This document shows positions 1 through 11,699 of a stretch of 64,000 nt of DNA, one piece after another. The notes beneath the pieces are model-generated. The model was not told the DNA's origin and did no database searches. It saw nothing but the letters and a program-made list of their open reading frames with translations. Source of the DNA: Felis catus (Eukaryota); NCBI RefSeq assembly GCF_018350175.1, contig NC_058368.1, positions 220,908,001 through 220,972,000 of the forward strand. Reading direction: 5' to 3'. Numbering within the stretch: the stretch's first letter is position 1; every line of letters starts with the position of its first letter. A program made the position numbers and the translations under genes.

Positions 1-785
1 AAATGATCAACTCATGAAATATACAACCTACTCAAATTTACACAAGGAAAATAGATAATATGAATAGCTCTATATCTATTAAATAAATACACAATTAAAA
101 ACTTACAAATAAAGTACCTGACACAGAGGGTTTCAACGGTGAATTTTATGAAACACTTAAAGTGTAAATAATATCTATCTTCAACAGTTGTTTGTCAGAA
201 AATAGAAGCAGATGGAATACTTCAAACTCATTCTGTGATGTCAGCATTATTTAATACAAATTCAGATAAAAAACTATAAAAAAGAAAATTACAGACTATA
301 TCTCATGAACATAGATACAAAATCTTCAAAAAATTTTGCAGATCAAATCAACAATATTAGAAGAATTAGCCATCATGACTAAATGCCACTAAATTCAGGA
401 ATGAGAAGCTACTTTAATATTAGAAAATCAATCCATGAAATTCTACCTAACAAGAAAAGTTAAAAAGCTATATGATCATAAATACTGATGCCAAAAAATA
501 TTTGACAAAATCTGACACCCATTCATGATAGGAACTCTCCACAAACCAAGAATAGAGAAGACGTCCTAAATTTAGCAAAACATGTGGCAGCACATTTAAT
601 GGTAAGAGAATGGATTCTGTCCCCTAAGATCAAGAACAAGTCAGGCATATCCTCTCCCTACACCTATTCAACATTGTACTGGATGTATGAGCTGATGCAG
701 AACAGCAAGAGGAATAATAAATTATACAGATTGAAAGGAAGTGATAAAACAGTCTTCATCCCCAGAAAACATGATCGTTATGTCT
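1..785 (+). mobile_element. Old L1 (L1M-type) ORF2 fragment, reverse-transcriptase region, degenerate
   Basis: A-rich; decayed L1 ORF2 motifs: gatgccaaaaaatatttgacaaaatctgacacccattcatgata, ctattcaacattgtactgga, and gtcttcatccccagaaaacatgatcgttat (FADDMIVY equivalent). Confidence 0.85.
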
Positions 786-1088
786 TTATGTTATGATTGC
801 CCAAGTGGTTCATTTATATGTGAACTTCCACTTTTCCTATATTTGCTTCCATTTATTTATTTAAATGGTATCAATAGATGTTGCCAATAGAAAGATAATT
901 TGTGACATTTGGAGAATATAGGGTATATTATATATATTATTTATATACCCTATATATAATATAGGGTATATAAATATATAAAAATATTTAATATAATTGA
1001 CTAGATTATTCCAAAAACTTCTTTTGATCAATGAGTACATTTGTCAAATGATTTCTCACGCAGTAGCATTTCCCCCCCTCCGTCTTAC

Positions 1089-1179
1089 CCCAAGAATAGT
1101 GCATGGTGCTATAGGAGGCAGCTTGATAATGGAAGAAACGTTCTGTTATGTGGTGGTTGCACAGAGTGATTTTGGTATC
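1089..1179 (-). other. Candidate exon F, 91 nt, phase 0/1, DTKITLCNHHITERFFHYQAASYSTMHYSW
   Basis: Minus strand: ctaatgcattgctttag|GAT...TGGG|gtaaga; open frame; unique-looking sequence; no homology recognised. Confidence 0.25.
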
Positions 1180-1699
1180 CTAAAGCAATGCATTAGCAAT
1201 ATTTAGGCAGAAGTTGTATACAAAGTATGACGTAGAGTTTTTAAAACAACTCTTTGATCCTGTCAAAACTTGAATAGAACTACCACTCTTCTCCAAAACA
1301 AAGACTGGAGGCAGACATTTATTACACTTAATTAGATAATGTGCGGAAAGCTATGAACACAAGATTGGGTCTATATTTAGCTTCCATTTCTTCCTCTAGT
1401 TTAGGATTTCTCAACAGTTTCTGCAAATGTAATCTTAGGGGTATAATTTCTTTCTTTCATTTTTTTCCTATTTTTTAAATTATGTTGCTCTAAATATGTT
1501 GGGAATTTAGGGATCAATGAATAACTCTGCCATTTACTATACCTAAATACTGAATAATTAAAAACAACACAGAAGGCCATCAGGTATCAGTCAACAATAG
1601 TGACTGTTGGATGGCAAGACCTTTCAAGCATTTGATGTTTAGTAGATCCTTTAAATTTTATGAAAACTGCAGGAAGAATGTCACAGTGTTCTTTTCATT

Positions 1700-1907
1700 T
1701 TAGATTTTAGGAAACTGAGAAGGAATGTGCTTAAGAAACTTGTCTGGGGAGCCTGGGTGGCTCAGTTGGTTAAGCCTCTGACTTCGGCTCAGTCCTTATC
1801 TCACAGTCTGTGGGTTCGAGCTCTGCGTCGGGCTCTGTGCTGACAGTTCAGAGCATGGAGCCTGCTTCAGATTCTGTGTCTTCCTCTCTCTCTGTCTCTC
1901 CCCTGTG

Positions 1908-1961
<54 letters not shown>

Positions 1962-2050
1962 AATGTATAAACTTCAAAAATATTTTTTTTTTAAAAGAAA
2001 GAAACTTGTCTAAAATCACACAGCTAGTCAATGCAGGCTCTAAGAATAAC
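1700..2050 (-). mobile_element. MIR fragment interrupted by a SINE
   Basis: gaaactgaga...aagaaacttgtct [SINE] aaaatcacacagctagt resembles MIR core. Confidence 0.6.
1746..1998 (+). mobile_element. CAN-SINE (SINEC)
   Basis: ggggagcctgggtggctcagttggttaag head, (CT)n, A-rich tail; TSD aagaaacttgtct at 1733-1745 and 1999-2011. Confidence 0.95.
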
Positions 2051-2213
2051 ACAAAGGTAGTATGTCTTTATGATTTAACTTTGTATCTGTTAAATCTTTG
2101 GCTGGAGTTTGGGAAGCCCCTGTAGGTGTTCTCACATGGGCATACCGGCAAGCTGCAGTCTTCTAGCCTGGGTGGGGCACTCTATTTCAGCAAATGTAGC
2201 AACTAGAATGTAC

Positions 2214-2317
2214 CTTTTCTGCAGGCCAGCCAGTTCCAGACAAAACCAGAATATGCTGAAAGAAGTGTTCCTGGGTTGTTTGTACCAATGTTACTAATCA
2301 AACAGAGTCACCTCTGT
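2214..2317 (-). other. Candidate exon E, 104 nt, phase 1/0, RGDSV*LVTLVQTTQEHFFQHILVLSGTGWPAEK
   Basis: Minus strand: ctaactggttctttcctag|AC...AAG|gtacat; one TGA at 2298-2300. Confidence 0.2.
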
Positions 2318-3218
2318 CTAGGAAAGAACCAGTTAGGCCAAATGTGTTTCTGGAAAACCAGTTTCTCCATAAGGAAATATGAGAAGTTTGGGATAGATGC
2401 CTCCTCAGTTAATAACGAGAACACCTTATAACTTATTATTGCATTTCATCTGTGATTTTGATCATGCTACACAATGAAATGTTCATTTTATAGAGGTGGG
2501 CTTATGAGGGAAGAAGACAGGCCAACTTTACATGGAAGTGATACGTAGTTCATCAATTTAAAGTTTTGTATTGGTAAAAATATGACATCATATGTGCATA
2601 AAAATGAACCAACACAGCATTCATAGATGTTAAAAGAGGAAAAAGTGGGAGAAATGAATCACAACTTGACAAACAGGATGAATATGCTGAACTAAAAAAA
2701 GTAATGATTCACAAAGAAAATGGCAATTTTATTTCAATTAAAAAAATCACAGTTCATATAAATGTATATATTTTTAACTTTACTGGTTTTGTACACATTT
2801 CTTTTGAAATTATCCATAGCAATAAAGACCAAAAACTAAAATGAAATTCATACCACATTTTATTTCTGAAAATATTTAGTTGAATACCTAAAAATAAACA
2901 GCAGTGACAGATGATTTAACCTTTTTACTCATTCATGCAATGCTGTGAATAACTCTGATAGGACTAAGTTAATTTCAGCCTTATTTGAAAGTTCATTTAA
3001 GGCCTACTGGTATTTAAAATTGTGTTAATTATCTAACATTGGTTCTTAATAGGGCTAACTTTAGTTATTTCTCAGTGATTCTCTCGTTTTGCCATGATAT
3101 GTCTGATACACAAATAATTTCAGATGATTTTTAATGATTTACTTCAGTATTTATTTTATAAACGCGAAACAAGTTTTGTTTTATTTTATCTATGTCGAAA
3201 GACTATTTCAGAAGGGGG

Positions 3219-3638
3219 TGTATTGGTTTCCTGGGGCTGCCGTAATAACAAAGTACAACAAACTAGATGCCTAGGATGATAGAAATGTATTGTCTCACAG
3301 TTCTGGAGACTAGAAATCTGTGCTGAAGGTGTCAGAAACTTGCTTCCTTGTGAGGGCTGTAACAGAGGATCTGTTTCATGACTCTCTATTAGCTTCTGGT
3401 GGCTTTCCATTAAGGTTTGGCATTACGTGGCTTATAGATGCATTATCCTCATCTCTGTTCATTTTCAGTTCGTGTTCTCCCTGTGTGACTGTACTCAGAT
3501 TTCTCCTTTTTAAGACACCAATCATATTGGCTTAAGAGCCTACCCTACTCGAATGTGACCTCATCTTAGACAATTATATCAGTCGATAACCTTATTTTAA
3601 AGTAAGGTCATAGCCTGAGGCACTGGTGGTTAGGAACT
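3219..3638 (-). mobile_element. MaLR LTR (MLT1C/D-like)
   Basis: tgtattggtttcctggggctgccgtaataacaaagtac...attgtctcacagttctggagactagaaatctg is the reverse complement of the MLT1 3' end. Confidence 0.85.
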
Positions 3639-3639
3639 T

Positions 3640-4018
3640 TATCGTGGGCTGAATTGTGTCCCCCCAAAATTTATATGTTCAAGTCATAATATTATGCTAC
3701 TGCATCCGAGTGTGATGGTATTTGGAAATAGGGTCTTTAAAGCAGCAATTAAGTTAAAATGAGGTTATAAGGTGAACCCTAATACAATATGATTAGTATC
3801 CTTGTAAGAGGAGTAGATTTCGTCACAGACATGCACAGAAGGACCATGTGACGACACAAGGAAAAGATAGTCATCTATAAGCCAAGAGAAGTGATTTCAA
3901 AAGAAACCAACCCTAGCAAATACCTTGATATTTTATTTCTAGTGTCCAGAATTGTGATAAAATAAATTTCTGGTTTTTAAGCTGCCCAGTCTGTGGTATT
4001 AACTAGCAAACTAATACA
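3640..4018 (+). mobile_element. MaLR LTR (MLT1B-like), near full length
   Basis: gggctgaattgtgtccccccaaaatttatatgtt start; aataaatttctg; ends ctagcaaactaataca. Confidence 0.9.
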
Positions 4019-4811
4019 GAAAACTGACTTACATATTTATACTGACTTACCTTTAGTTATGGTCAATACTAATTTCATGTTTAAAGCAATTCCCTTATGG
4101 CACTTTAATTGTTTAAGAGGCAGATATTATTTTAGCTGAGTGTCATCATTGTACACAACAGGTGAAGGATGCTTTAATTAGTAATTTTTATTGCAAATTG
4201 ACTCATAAGGCAAAAATAGAATCAGTTATTGCAGTTTAGAAGTACATTTAAGTTCAGTGTAAGGAAAGACCCTCCAAGAATTGAACAGTTACAACCCCAT
4301 TGTCTGTCACTTACAAAAGTAAACTTGAGATATTAAGAGATCATTGAATGTTCATTAACAAAGATTGCCAAAGAATGCAGTTGAGGTTTTGGGGAAAGTT
4401 AAATTGGATTGCTTCCATTCATTCTCCAGGCCAGAGATTTTAGCCTTTTGTCATAAAATAAATGAAAAAAAATTGTATTTTAATATTATATCTGTATATA
4501 TTTTGCGTTCCTACACATTCCGATATTCGCTACTGGTGTATCCATTTCTCTATGTATATGACAATAATGTTATTAATATTAATGTTAATAATTGATAATA
4601 TCAATATTGAACACACATAGACACAGATACATGTTTACACAAAAATACACATACTTTCACAAGCTATAGTAGGATTCTTTTTTGGAATTGGTAGATTTAT
4701 TACAACAGCTACATAAGACACAATACAGGTGCTCAAATCAATTACATCCCAAACTGACATGGAATGGATTCCTACCTATCAAACGTACAGGGCATTAACA
4801 AAAAAAAAATG

Positions 4812-4898
4812 TTATTAATAAGTTCCAGGTGTACAACATTAGAATTCAGTATCTGTGTATACTAGAAAGTGATTGCCCTCAAAAGTCTAGTTACCATT
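4812..4898 (-). mobile_element. Short L1 3'UTR fragment
   Basis: aagttccaggtgtacaacatt...aaagtctagttaccat resembles antisense L1 3' end. Confidence 0.55.
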
Positions 4899-5041
4899 AA
4901 AATCCTAATATTTTGATGACAATAAGGTGCTGTTTTCATAATCTGTAACATCCATATTTAATTTTTTGTCTTATCCCCATATTTCAAATAAGCTTATCTT
5001 TCAATACCCTCTACATTTGACTTACACTATCTCGTAAAACA

Positions 5042-5217
5042 CTAGTTCTCAAACTTGGTTTCATGTGAGAATCACTTGTGGAAGTTTTAAAAAAAATTGA
5101 TGACTGGGTCTTATTTCCGAGAATTCTGATAAATTACTCTGTAGTGAAGCCAGGCATAGAATTGCTAAAATATCTCGTAAGGATTCTAAATTGTGGCAAA
5201 GTTTACGAACCACAGTC
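5042..5217. mobile_element. MER5A/B-like hAT-Charlie MITE
   Basis: tagttctcaaacttggt...gaatcacttg...aaagtttacgaaccacag with decayed terminal inverted repeats. Confidence 0.65.
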
Positions 5218-6669
5218 TTTGAGGATGCTTTTGATGAAAGTGAGGCAAGGCAGGAAGAAAACTCAGCTCTAGGGGAAGAAGTGAGAACACTTGATTTAGG
5301 GGAAAACAGCTTCCCAGTTGTTAGCACTGATATCTTTTTAATATTTTAATTGTGAAATGGCCAGTAAAATGTGATAAATTGGACTCTGGGTATAAGATAA
5401 GAATTTTTAGTGGCTGCTGTTCCTTCTGTGTCTACATTATTGTATTTTTTCATACAGGGTATTATTTTTATGTGTAAAATGAATGTTATTTCTATTCTAA
5501 TGGAATACTTTTAGATAACCAAAATTATACAAATCATTCATTCCTACATTTGATTTTTTTCCCAGTGATTTTTTCCCCCAGTGTGAGTTTCCACTCATCT
5601 AAATGCCAACTACTTCAACTGTAGAATCCTAACTTTAAGATGAACGAAGTACTTTCAACAGCTTTGTTCAAATCTCACAGATGGCCTTTTGTGCTTTTTT
5701 TGAGTTCTTTATAATTATGTGTGACACTGTTCTCTGAGAATTGGTGTGAATGTACTCAAACATTATATTGCAACTTGAATTTAAACATGTTCAACAAGGT
5801 TTGCCTTAAAATCTGTGGTCGTATCCTCTGTTTATGTAGTTGTACAGCTAAGACTAAGTTTTCTTCATTGTTTTCTGCCTACTGTTGAAACATTTTTATA
5901 AAAATATATTTATAAACTGGCAAATATGTACATATCTCACCAAAAACTGATCCCAAGACAAGACAGTTTGTCTCATTTAGGATAAGTGTCTCAATACTCC
6001 AGAGTTTTAAGAATAATCAAGACTAAAGAATGGTAGAAAGGTATAATTTTTCTGGGTGTGTATGTGTGTGTGTTTTATTTAAGTATCTGGTTATAGCTTA
6101 TCCTTTGGGTTAATATAGGCAGTATACAATGAAAACACTAAAGATGTCTTTTCTTTGGGAATTAAAATATAGATAAGTAGGGTGCTTTTCATTTATCTAC
6201 ATTTTTAAATGTGAATACATTCTTCTAAAATCTAATAATCAAAATTAACGTTCTGAGAATTAACAGTTATTATACATGTTTTTGTATTCAAAGTGACTTT
6301 ATGTATCTTCATTTAATTCCCGTATTAATTATTTTAGGTAATGTAGTTCCAAATTAATAGGTGTGGACAGTGAGGCATAGAGAAATGAGAAACTTTGCAG
6401 AAAGTCAAAAAGAGAGTACCTGGATTTGAAAAGTGAAGACCTGGATTTGAACCCAATTAGCCTATTACACAGGATGGCTTTCTTATACCCCATGCTGGTC
6501 AAATGGAGAAAATTGCAAGAGAAACTTTTAAAGCACTGAACAAAAACTTGAGCAAAAGGAGTTCTACTTTCAATCATGGCAGAGTAAGTATTCAGGCCAA
6601 TGCTACAGCTGAGGGCAACTAAAAAACCTAGAAAAATATTACAAAGGAAAAAAAATCTTCTTGAAGGCA

Positions 6670-7184
6670 TCGGTGAGTGTGGTGAAGTTTTAGCCTTCAA
6701 GACGTTTCTACACCCTAGTTCTGGGACAGTCAGTATGAAGAGATATATCCATGCATTTGTTCAGGCAAAAGGGCCTTTGTAGATGTAATTATGATTACAA
6801 AACATTGACTTAAAATAGGGGGATTATCCTGGACCATCTGGCTGTACAATTTTAGCACATGAGCCCTTCTGCAGACCCAGAAGCCATAGAGATTTGAAAT
6901 GCAGATACAATTCATCTTGCCTTTGCTGGCTTGAAGTTGCAGGGGACCATGTGGAAGGTGTGAGAAGAAAATGACCTCTAGCAACAACCAGTGAGTTTGG
7001 AAAGGATCCTGAGAACCAGAGCCTCACCGACGCTTTAAATTTGGCTTTATGAGACCCCGGGTAAAAAGTCCTGCCATGCTGCGTTCTAACTTATGACTCA
7101 CGGAAACTGTGAGAGAATAAGTCTGTATTTTTTAAGATGCTAAGCGTGTGACAAATTATTGCAAGAGTGATAGAACATTACTAC
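6670..7184 (+). mobile_element. MaLR LTR (MLT1D/E-like)
   Basis: ggcaaaagggcctttgtagatgtaatta, gattatcctgga, aactgtgagagaataagtctgtattttttaag. Confidence 0.75.
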
Positions 7185-7485
7185 AGAGAGCTAACATAAT
7201 GAGAAATGACTAGCCCAAACTTTAGAGTAGCAGCCCCCTTTTTGGGAATGCATTTATCTGGGGGACATTTACAATACCTACATCCTAAGGAAATCATAAG
7301 TAGAGCCTGGATCCCACCATGATTGAGGGACTCCAGTAGAAATGTAAATTTTGGATGGTGACCCTGAAGAATGATGCTTTAGGTTTCTGACTGGAATAAG
7401 TTGAACGACCATGATGGGAATTCTAGCATAGCTTCCCTCAATTTGGGAGTGCCAGTGCATCTCATTCTCTAAAATTGAGTTAAGT

Positions 7486-7760
7486 CAGTGTATCTCAACT
7501 GGTGGCAAGTTTTGATTTTTTGTTTTTATTTTTTCTTTCCCAAGGGACATTTGGCAATGTCCGGAGATATTTATGGTTGTCACAACTAGGGGAAGGGAAT
7601 GGCACTGCGTTCTAATGAGCACATGTCCTCAGGTATAAAATGGGTCTCTTGAAGACAGACCAGGGAGACTGCTCAGTCCCCTACAGCACATGGAACAGCA
7701 TTCAATAACAAATATTTATTTGTCCTCAAATGCCAATAGCCCTAAAGTTCATAAAACCTG
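7486..7760 (+). mobile_element. MER20 hAT MITE with internal foreign insert
   Basis: cagtgtatctcaact...gggacatttggcaatgtccggagatatttatggttgtcacaactagggg...aaaacctg. Confidence 0.8.
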
Positions 7761-9300
7761 TGTTAAGTTGATCCCAGATAGCTGCCTCCTGCAGATGCCC
7801 AGGAGAAAAAAAAAAAACAAACAAACACAAACCTCCTCTGGGATAATTTAATGTTATTTTTGTAAATAAAATATTCAGCCTGAAGTAAAAATTAATAAAG
7901 CAGTTGAAAAGGTAAGACAATATGAATGGCAACAAAAAGAAATACGGCAATCAAAAGAGAACTTCTTGGTGAACAGACTCATCTAGACTTTAATTACCTT
8001 ATTGTACTCAAAACATAAATCAAAAGGTTAAAAAAATTGGCAAAGATCTAGAAAATATAAAAAGTTACATAGCATAATTGCCAGATAGGATAATAAAGAT
8101 ATTAAATAGAATTACTAGCGCTGAAAAAAAGGTGCAGTAACTAAAATTAAGAATCCAACAGTGGGTTGGAAAGTAGAGGAGAGAAGATAAAGAATTACTG
8201 GTAAGGAAGATGTGCACCAAAGAAGCATGGAGACATAAGATAAAATTTACAAGAGATGTGAACTATATTGAAAGAATTAAAACAACATACATATTTATAT
8301 GGAATCTCATAAGGAGGTAAGAAAACAAATGGTGCAGTAACTGTGTATGAAGAGATCATGACTGAGATTTAAACACTGGTCAACTAATCTTTGACAAAGC
8401 AGGGAAGAACATCCAATGGAAAAAAGACAGTCTCTTCAACAGATGTTGTTGAAAAACCTGGACAGCGACATGCAGAAGAATGAAACAGGACCAGTTTCTT
8501 ACACTATACACAAAAATAAATTGGAAATGGATGAAAGACCTAAATTTGAGAGAGGAAACCATCAGAATCCTAGAGGAGAACATAGGCAGCAATCTCTGAA
8601 ATGATGTAGCAACTTCTTATTAGATGCATCTCCTGAGGAAAGGGAAACAAAAGCAAAAGTGAATTATTGGGACTTCATCAAGGTAAAAATCTTCTGCACG
8701 GTGAAGGAAACAATCAGCCAGACTAACAGGCAACCTTTGAAGTGGGAAAAGATATTTGCAAATGACATATCTGATGAAGGGTTAGTATCTGAAATCTATA
8801 AAGAACTTATCAACTCAACACCCAAATAACAAATAATCCAGTTAAAAATTGGACATAAGACACGAATAGATAATTTTCCAAAGAAGACATCCAGATGGCT
8901 AACTGACACATGAAAATATGCTCAATATCACTCATCATTAGGGAGATACAACTCAAAATTACAATGAGATACCACGTCACACCTGTCAGAATGGATAAAA
9001 TAGACAGCAGAGGAAACAACAGATGTTGGTAGATGCAGAGAAAGGGGGACCCTCTTACACTGTTGGTGGGAATGCAAATGGTGCAACCACTCTAGAAAAC
9101 TGTATTGAGGTTCCTCAAAAAGTTAAAATTAGAAATACCCTATGATCCAGCAATTGTGTTACTAGATATTTACTCAAAGGATACAAAATATTGACTCAAA
9201 GGGGCAATGCACCCTGATATTTTTGGCAGCATTATTAACAATAGCCACATTATGGAAAGAGCCCAAATGTCTACTGGCTGCTGAATGGATAAAGAAGATG

Positions 9301-9319
9301 TTTCTCTCTCTCTCTCTCT

Positions 9320-9362
<43 letters not shown>

Positions 9363-9420
9363 ACTCTCTTTCCCCCCCCCATATCTTTCTATCTCTATCA
9401 TCTATATCTATTTATATCTA
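9301..9420. repeat. Compound microsatellite (TC)n-(TCTCAC)n-Cn-(TATC)n inside L1
   Basis: Read directly. Confidence 0.9.
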
Positions 9421-9633
9421 ATGGAATATTACTCAGCCATCAAAAATAACAAAATCTTGCATTTGCAATGACATGGATGGAGCCAGACTATATTATGCTA
9501 AGTGAAATGTCAGGCAGTGAAAGAAAAATACCATATGATTTCACTCATATGTGGAATTTAAGAAACAAAACAGATAAACATAAGGGGAAGGAAAAAAAGA
9601 AAGAGAGGGAGGAAAACCGTAAAAGAGACTATT

Positions 9634-9870
9634 GGGGTGCCTGGGTGGTGCAGTCAGTTAAGCGTCTGACTATTGCTTTTGGCCCAGGCCGTGCTTTCAT
9701 CGTTAACGAGATTGAGCCCTGCATCAGGCTGTGCACTGACAGCATAGGGCATGCTTGGGATTCTCTCTCTGTCTCTCTGTCTCTCTCTCTCTCTGCCCTC
9801 CTCCCGCTCATGTGCTCTCTCTTGCTCTTTAAAAATAAATACAAAATAAATAAACAAAACAACAATAAAA
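9634..9870 (+). mobile_element. CAN-SINE inserted in L1 3'UTR
   Basis: ggggtgcctgggtggtgcagtcagttaag head; (CT)n; A tail. Confidence 0.9.
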
Positions 9871-10366
9871 AAGACTTAACTATAGAGAACAAACTGAGGG
9901 TTACTGAATGGGAAGTGGCAGAGGAATGGGCTAGACTTGTGATGAGGACTGGGTGTTATATATAAGTGGTTAATCACTAAATTCTACTCCTGAAAATCAT
10001 ATTATACTACATGCTAACTAGAATTAAATAAAAACTTAAAACATTAAAAAAAAAGAAAATAAAAGACTGAAACAGTAAAAAAATATATATTTTATTCTAA
10101 TTAAATGACATTTTAAAAATCATAGGTATGTAGCTTTCAGTTATTCTATGTGATACTGATTTCTATTTTTATTGAGCTGTTAATTTTGGGTTTGTTGATT
10201 TTTCTAAGCTGATTGAAAAACTACAGTATCTCTCCAAAGACACTAAAAGGATTTGTCAGACCAAACTAAAAGTGAGGACCACTAAAATGTATTTGAAATT
10301 GAAAAAAAAAAAGATATTAATGGAATTAGTAATTTGGAATTTTAAATTTTTTTTAGGTTTATTTTC

Positions 10367-10551
10367 GGGGCACCTGGATGGCTCAGTCGTTTTACATGTC
10401 TGACTTCGGCTCAGGACATGATCTCGCAGTTCACGAGTTCAAGTCCTGTGTGGGCTCTGTGCTGACAGCTCAGAACCTGGAGTCTGCTTCATATTCCGTG
10501 TATCCCTCTGTTTCTGCCCCTCCCCTGCTCACACTCACTCTGTCTCTCTCT
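10367..10551 (+). mobile_element. CAN-SINE lacking A tail
   Basis: ggggcacctggatggctcagtc...ctgtctctctc. Confidence 0.9.
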
Positions 10552-10565
10552 TCCAACATTCATTG

Positions 10566-10580
10566 TAACGTTCATTTATT

Positions 10581-10632
<52 letters not shown>

Positions 10633-10791
10633 GCAGCGGCAGAGAGAGAGAGGGAGACACAGAATCTGAAGCAGGCTTAAGGCTCTGAGCTGTCAGCACA
10701 GAGGCTGACACAGGACTCGAACCCACAAACGGCGAGATCATGACCTGAGCTGCAGTCGGATGCTTAACTGACTGAACCACCCAGGTGCCTC
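10566..10791 (-). mobile_element. CAN-SINE
   Basis: tttatttttgagagag...ccacccaggtgcct. Confidence 0.9.
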
Positions 10792-11478
10792 CCAAAATTG
10801 AACTTTTAAACAGGACAAGTTCAAGGAAATTCACAACTACAAAACTACTACTAGCAATATAAGAATGCAGATAACAAAATAAAAGATAATAAAAAACCGC
10901 ATAAGAAAAAAGATATACTACATTTGGAAGAACAAATGAGAACTGAGTTTTAATTAGAAACATTAGAAGCCATAAGATGATTGAATATCTACAATGTGAA
11001 GAAATAAATGAAAAAAGAAAAACTACATAAAATTCTCTACCTGTGTAAAATATCCTCTAAGAATAAAAGCAAAATTAAATGCTTTTTCACACAAAACAAA
11101 AAAGAATTTATTACTGAGAGACACAAACTTAAACGTAAACTTAAGCATTATATTATAGTTTTAAAGCAACACTAGATTTCAAAGATACTCAAAGCAGTGA
11201 CAAGACATGAAATGGTAAATTTGTGGATAAATCTGAATGAATACTGACTGGATAAATAATGTCATATAAATAACATACACAAAAAATAATATATAAGTTA
11301 TTCATGTAGTAAATAGTGTTCTAATTTTACTTTCTTGTCGGGCAGGATACATTGCAGCACCAAGCGAGCTAAATTGCACTACCTTCTTTTTTAGGTGATA
11401 ATAATAAAAAAAAAAATAGGGATTAAAAGCTGAATCTTCCAAGTATTTCAAAAATATTTAATCAAAAAATACACACTA

Positions 11479-11699
11479 GGGGCGCCTGGGTGGCGCAGTC
11501 GGTTAAGCGTCCGACTTCAGCCAGGTCACGATCTCGCGGTCCGTGAGTTCGAGCCCCGCGTCAGGCTCTGGGCTGATGGCTCGGAGCCTGGAGCCTGTTT
11601 CCAATTCTGTGTCCCCCCTCTCTCTGCCCCTCCCCTGTTCATGCTCTGTCTCTCTCTGTCCTAAAAATAAATTAAAAAAAACGTAGAAAAAAAATTAAA
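11479..11699 (+). mobile_element. Young feline SINE (SINEC_Fc type)
   Basis: ggggcgcctgggtggcgcagtcggttaagcgtccgacttcagccaggtcacg; TSD aaaaaatacacacta 11464-11478 and 11700-11714. Confidence 0.97.

Larger units (their letters stand above)
8372..10062 (+). mobile_element. 5'-truncated carnivore L1 (ORF2 C-terminus, 3'UTR, poly-A)
   Basis: ggtcaactaatctttgacaaagcagggaagaacatccaatgg; ctcttacactgttggtgggaatgcaaa; aatggaatattactcagccat; tail aaataaaaacttaaaacattaaaaaaaaaag. Confidence 0.95.
7780..11400 (+). mobile_element. Very old L1 (ORF1/inter-ORF region) remnants interrupted by a younger L1 and SINEs
   Basis: A-rich decayed ORF1-like text at 7900-8370 and 10800-11300 (agaaacattagaagccataaga...aaattctctacctgtgtaaaatatcctctaagaataaa). 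Confidence 0.5.

Noticed and set aside
1746..1830. tRNA genes suggested by A/B boxes (tggctcagttgg, ggttcgag), here and in other SINE heads
   Set aside because: tRNA-derived CAN-SINE heads followed by SINE body, (CT)n, A tail and TSD.
8380..9471. ORFs resembling L1 ORF2p C-terminus as a host gene
   Set aside because: Part of a 5'-truncated, frameshifted L1.
9174..10963. Long ORFs (165, 142, 100 aa) and the many SLSLSL/RERERE ORFs across the window
   Set aside because: They are translations of SINE (CT)n/(GA)n tracts and L1 3'UTR.
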